NCBI GenBank assembly: GCA_009103225.1
Contig: RHPI01002533.1
Location: 1,369,186-1,433,185 of the forward strand
Length of the DNA stretch: 64,000 bases
DNA from: Chlorokybus atmophyticus
Taxonomy: Eukaryota; Plantae; Mesostigma and Chlorokybus algae
Reading direction: 5' to 3'
Position numbers and translations under genes: made by a program. The number at the start of each line of letters is the position of its first letter. Positions within the stretch are counted from its first letter, which is position 1. Positions 58,589 through 64,000 of this stretch are shown here, piece after piece. Under the pieces are notes generated by a model. It was not told where the DNA came from. It was given only the letters and a program-made list of their open reading frames with translations, and made no database searches.

Positions 58589-59644
58589 ATGGGTGCAAGC
58601 AATCTGACATTCGTGAGTGACTGCAAGCGCAGCCAAAGTCATCACAAATTGCATTGCATCTGCAAGCTCATCACCAGCAACGTCTGGTGAAGCTGGCAAT
58701 CAACTTTTGTGTTCCGCATGGGCTGAACGCAATGCAGCATGCGTCGATTCTGCTAGTGGGTGACAAGTACTGTGATGAATGACACACATGCAGTTCGCCA
58801 GTGTAGTACTAGAAGAATGCATCGCAAGTCACATGCGTGTAAGAGTGCATCTTTGCTGACGTGCATGGGTCTGTGCGCAGCGCGCCCCGGGTCCGCTGCG
58901 TAGCGTGCGCAAAGACCTCCTCCCCGAGCTCAAGGTAGGCGCGAGCATGCATATGCAGTATGCGGATGGAGCCACAGCCTACCCTGTCTCAGACCTTTGA
59001 AGCTGTTGTGTGTTCAGGCGGTGACATTGGCGCAGTGGCTGCTTGAGAGCGGTCGCGGGAACAGCCGCCTCTCCGCACACCACTGCAACTACGGAGGACT
59101 CAAGTGGAGACAAGAAATGGGTCAGTGGCTCTGCTGCCTGTTGTGGATCAAAGCACAACAACTCTACTTCAAGAGCAAAGCAGTTGCTGACTGAGTTTGG
59201 TGTGCTTTAGCGGGGCTAGCCATTCCAATTAGGTACGGCGCGCACGACGGCCACGACCTGTACTGCAGCTTCCACAGCAACAAAGACTTCATCAAGGGAT
59301 TCTGGAAGGTGGTGATGATGATGATGATGATGATGATGGTCATGGGAATTGCCAACCGAGAGATGACTGACATTGGCGTACTTGCAGTTCCTTGCAAAGC
59401 GACCATACACTGGCTGGCAGAAGCACATCGCATCAACCACCCGTACCAATGTGAGCCAGGCCTTCATCGAGCTCATCCACAGGTAAAAGGCGTAAACACG
59501 CAAGCTCTACAGGTATTGACCGTCGTTGTTGTTGCTGCTTGACATCTCTGCCTGTGCAGACGTGGATATGCCACCGACCCGCATTATGTGAACAAAGTCA
59601 TACAGCAGCTGCCAGAGGCTCGCAGGCTGCTGGGCCAAGTGTAG
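58589..59644 (+). CDS. GH73 (FlgJ/glucosaminidase-type) peptidoglycan hydrolase with spliceosomal introns
   Basis: Exons 58589-58612 (tentative first), 58881-58934, 59018-59120, 59211-59308, 59388-59482 and 59560-59644, all GT-AG and phase-consistent. The protein contains AVTLAQWLLESGRG (catalytic Glu), NYGGLKWR, YCSF..FIKGFW and YATDPHYVNKV. Confidence 0.88.
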
Positions 59645-60099
59645 TGTATAGATATGCACGTGACGTATGCAACATGCACGACACATGCATGGACACTTAA
59701 CCACAATCACACTCACCTCTATCACGACCACCGGGCTAGGTGCACACTACTGTGCTTCTGTAATAGTCAGTTGGGAAAGGTGCCTGGGCCTTTGCGTGAT
59801 AGTATGCAAATGGTACGAGTGGCCCTGTGTGGCACGACTTAAGTACATAGCAACTGTGTACAGTAGCCTTCAATTGATCGTGATACACCCTGCCGAGTGC
59901 ATAATATATGCAATGCTGTGCATGTGGCAGTAGTGCTAGGCGGTGTAGGATGTGCCTTTTGTCAACAATGGTTGATTTTGCGTGCTTACTGAGATTGTCT
60001 TGAAAGTTCGCTGTGGGACGCACTATGCCCTGCGGGATGGTGGAGCATAGCAGAAAGTGCACGCATGCATGCGCGTCCTCATACACGGCACAAACAGCA

Positions 60100-60680
60100 T
60101 GGCAATATTGCAATGGCGCTATGGATGGGCTAGTAGACTTGGTGATAGCTTCTGGTGCTCATGCTATTACGAGTTTGTAATGTTCCAATTGCCCTGCTAC
60201 TGCTGGGTAGCTCGTAGCCGTGGATGCCGTACAAAGGCAGCGCCTGCACTGCAACGACCACATGGACCCAACTCTTCAGTACGGTGTACACACCAAGCCA
60301 CATTTTCCCGCATGCGCACGCCTAGAGTTACTGGTGAGTACCATGAGGCCAGGGTACTCAACAGTAACGGGCGTGTCGGCCACGTTAGCTTGGTGTCTGT
60401 CCATTGCGGACAACAAGCACGTGCATGCGCAGCCCACACACACGCACACCTTGAACCAGGTCGCAATGACTGCTGTGGCAGCGTTGAAGCCAGTAGCAAG
60501 CTGTGGTGTGGGACGCGTTTGGCACACGTCATTGCCAATCTCAGCAAGGATAGATATGTTGCCGATGACGCGGTTGTCTCACCATAGCCGTCGCACATGT
60601 TGTAGAGGTCGATCCAGAACCCTGCTACCATGATGAAGTGTTGGGAAACCCGGCTGGAGAAGGCTGTAATGCCAGCGACG
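60100..60680 (-). CDS. Probable multi-exon gene of unknown function (partial model)
   Basis: GT-AG phase-consistent chain ...GFWIDLYNMCDGY...PGS|RHQANVADTPVTVEYPGLM|ALPLYGIHGYELP...*. The 5' end is unresolved. Confidence 0.35.
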
Positions 60681-61285
60681 ATGCGCTGTTGTCAATGTAC
60701 ACGCCGCTCAAGCTCGCCTCACCAGCACAGGAAACGGCATGCTGACTAAGTTGGAAGCACAGTTGTCACACCAATGGTTGGGAAAAAAGTGTCAAACCTA
60801 AGCATAAGCTTACTGTCAAGCGAGTTGTGTATACAACACGCACACACATACATACGCGAGCACTCACATGTGCACGCAGGGATTCTTTGATATCTCACTT
60901 TCCCATCTCCAACCCTAAAATAACTCGAACCCAACAATCAAGCTTGCTGTTCTGCTGCTTACACATAGGCGCATGTGGAAACAACTGACAGGAGAGCAGA
61001 GTGACCTAACAACTCTGTCTGCATGCCATGCACCACACGAGTGCAACAGATAAGCATGCAATGTACAAGGGGCTCACACAGTGCATGTTTCCGCCAGACG
61101 GTAGGCAAGTAAGTTCAAGACAAAACGCGTACCTACCTGTGGAGGACAGAGCTCGTTCGTCACAGGCTGACCAACGCGCTGCCACCCGCAATCCCCAATG
61201 CTACGCGGAAGCCTGCCAGCGGCTATTGACCTGCAGTGCCCTGCTAACTCAAGCTCCTACCAATGGCACTTACATTTCTCAACCA

Positions 61286-62570
61286 CTAAGACAATGTGGT
61301 GCTCCTCATACATCCTTTGATGGTGGCCTGACGCGCCTCTATAAGCTCCTGTTGCCAGGGAGTAAACGCGCGAAACCTTTTCTGCCAGGAGGCTGCAGGG
61401 CAGCGCAGGGCTGATGAGGCTGCCATGGGAACCGCATGCTGTCGACAGAACAACAAACGGTCGAGCGCATTGTCTCTACAAGCAAGTGCCATGCGCCATG
61501 TCGACACTGACCACTGTGTTCGCTCCACCTCCATTAACTCAGCAGCTAGCCGTTTAATGCGTGTTTGTACTCGCTCACATGACATCACAACAACCACATC
61601 TGGATGATACACAAAGATCTGCATGGCAAGGGTGCCTGTTGCCAGTCTGTAGGACTTGAAGGCGTCAAGAAACATCTGAAGCTGGCTGCGCACGGAAGCA
61701 TTGTTGTTGCAAAAAGCTGTGGGCATCGTTTCAGCAACGTAACCATTTGTGCATGATCGACTGCCAAAAACGTCTGCCAGGCACCAGATTATTCAGCAAC
61801 AGCATCCGCCATGTACTTCAGCATCGTGGGAGCTCTGCGCAGCATAGTGCAAAGGTCCGTGTCACTGATGCTTAGAAGCGTTTTGAGCCTGGACAGGCTG
61901 CGTGCAAGCAATTCAGGATTTCGCGGTAAGAGTGCAGGCCTTGCCACCGCTGCTGTCGTCACACCAGGAAGCAACTTCCGCATCTGTGATGTGACGTGCT
62001 TAACCACAAGCAGCCGTACCGTAACCGATCGAGACAATTGCCACAACATACCTCATGAAGTCTTCGCTCCAGCTCCTTGGGACTGGGGTAAAGTGACAAG
62101 GACATGCGTTTTGCCAACAACGTCGCCACTTGTTGCGGAGGAAGAGATAACCCCTCCCAGAACCGGCGCACAGCTTGCTGTTCAGCTTCTGACCATGGGG
62201 CCAATGGTCCCATGTTCCCATTGCCGGCCCACCCCTCTTGCCTGCAGCTGGCCAACACACAGTGCTGAGTAAGCAGCGCCAACAGCTCCAGAGCAAGCAT
62301 CAGCATGGCTGTGGGAGCAGTGGATTACTTTGTTACTTTGGTCAACAGCATTGTCAGGAATCGTTGCCGCTTGCAAAGCGCAGTTGCGCCGCAAATGTGC
62401 ATTACAACTGCCTGCAACCAATTGAGTTGTGCGGTTTGCCAGTTTTGTAGATAAAACCAACCGCGGCAAAGCAACCTGGCCCTTGCCTGTACAAAGAGTT
62501 GTAGAAGCGGGGCGCAGTGGCGCTAACCGTGTCAGCTCGCGTGAGGCGCATGAGGGAAAACATCATTTGT
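61286..62570 (-). CDS. mTERF-like organellar helical-repeat protein (apparent 1-nt frameshift at 61711-61715)
   Basis: Repeats VATLLAKR..LYPSP, LLPRNPELL, TMLRRAPTML, TLLKRCPQLF and VYHPDV. Boundaries of the 5' exons are uncertain. Confidence 0.65.
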
Positions 62571-63299
62571 GCCCTGGGCACAGTCACAATCAACAGATTT
62601 GGCCAAGAGTTGATTCTACAAGATGGCAGGAGTTGTGAAAGCTGTAGGTGCTGCCTGCGCCTGGGAAACGCTAATATTCACGTTGTTGCCATGATGACAT
62701 TGGTGTGCAGTGGTTTGCAGCAGCCTAGTCAAACAAACGTCGCCGCCGACAAGTCACTAAGCTGTAAAGGTGGCACTGTTGTTTTGAGCTTGACAGGCAG
62801 CAGGTGCCACAAACACGATCACCTAGCGTTAGTACCGACGTAGTAACCAACGCAAGTCTCGCAGGTGAACAATCACGACCACTAGCATGGTGCCACGTGA
62901 ACACATTCGCTGATGGCATGTCAACATGTGCGCTGGTCCCTTTGGTGAGCTTGGCCACAGCTATTGTTGCAACTGAGCAAAAATGGCAACAGACACACGG
63001 TAAACACAGCTGAAGCATTCTGGCTGAGCCAGAATGCTGCATAAGTTGAGGCTTGCAGCGAAATAATCAATGCCAGAAAGCAACACTTGCCGTTGGCAGG
63101 CAAGGCACAAGTGCACTGCCCGGACAACCCTCTAGACATGACCACAATGTATGCGAATTATAAGTTTTGTATTTCAAGTACATAGTGCTTGACTAACGCC
63201 TGTTCTTCCACCGGACAAGCTTGACGGTGGCCAATGCATGCATACAATTGGAGTACGGGAGTGCAATCATGCTAGCAGTGGGCAACTACACGCAACACA

Positions 63300-63997
63300 T
63301 CAACTTGAGTTCACGACCTACCGTCTGCACAACGGAGCCGTTTCTGGCCGTTGCTCCCGCTGGCACCAAACCCTATGCACGCTGCTGCCGCCGTCGCCTC
63401 TGACGAGCTGCACCAAGCAGCATGCTTGCATGCATGGTTGCCTGCAGCACCCACGACACGGCGCTAGCCACGAGATCTACAACGCGGACCACGACACGGT
63501 GGTCACCTGCAACGACGCCCTCAACCACCACAGCCCTCACCACCACCATCGCCGCCACCCCCGCAGCTCAACCAGGCGTCATGCTCGCCGGACATCCCGC
63601 ACCTAGCGACGACCCATGTCATGCGTTGCCCACGTGGAACCGGTGTCACAGCGACACACGACGCAGTGAAGTACGAGGTGGGTGCCATCATGAGAGAAGC
63701 CGGCTTCAGAGTCGCTTACGAAGTGTCCGGACTACTGCCGCTGCGGGAGGGGAGACGCAAGGCCGACGCGTCGACCTGCTTGTGACGGAGCCCGGATCCG
63801 ACGGTCGCATCCTGCTGGATGTCGTGGTGAAAGCATTTACCGTGGAGTCGGGAGCGGCCGCACTGCAGGCGGAGGCGACGAAGCGCGGGAAATACTCCGA
63901 TGCCCATCGCACGGATACGTTTATCCCGCTCGCATGGCGCCTTAGGGGAGGCATTTCATGGGCTACTGCGACGCTGTGCGGCGCGCGTCGTCCGTGA
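63300..63997 (+). mobile_element. C-terminal remnant of an RLE-type non-LTR retrotransposon (CRE/R2-like)
   Basis: HVMRCPRGTGVTATHDAVKYEV..EAGFRVAYE, a frameshift, then RRVDLLV..LLDVVV..AALQAEATKRGKY..FIPLA, matching the PD-(D/E)xK endonuclease pattern. Confidence 0.78.
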
Positions 63998-64000
63998 AAG

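Noticed and set aside
58589-59644. Bacterial contamination as the source of GH73
   Set aside because: The gene is split by canonical spliceosomal introns in the style of its neighbours and is embedded among plant-type genes.
1-64000. tRNA, rRNA or hammerhead-ribozyme genes
   Set aside because: No cloverleaf with A/B boxes, no rRNA-conserved blocks, and no CTGATGA..GAAA core with flanking stems were found by eye.

Overview
Eukaryotic nuclear DNA from a green-lineage alga: spliceosomal GT-AG introns of about 50-500 nt and plastid-related genes. A PnsB1 (NDH subunit) and an OEP40-like gene suggest an NDH-retaining lineage, most likely an early-branching streptophyte alga (inference). The window has two compartments. 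Positions 1 to about 45,000 are a nested transposon graveyard. It holds two Copia LTR families primed by half-tRNA-iMet (one gag-only/TR-GAG-like, one TRIM-like), a chromodomain Gypsy, and a DIRS tyrosine-recombinase element. It also holds a large Gypsy whose integrase ends in a PHD finger and whose polyprotein carries an unexplained ~450-aa domain, a 1434-bp chimeric tandem array, a Ulp1-like remnant next to a triple-hairpin end, and a dispersed structured ~210-bp repeat. Positions from about 46,500 to 64,000 are gene-dense: PnsB1/NDF1, a DnaJ-type zinc-finger protein, a coiled-coil protein, OEP40-like, an mTERF-like gene, several pseudogene fragments, and an intron-containing bacterial-type GH73 (FlgJ/glucosaminidase) peptidoglycan hydrolase, which is the most interesting object found. 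All family assignments come from manual translation and motif recognition, not from database searches.
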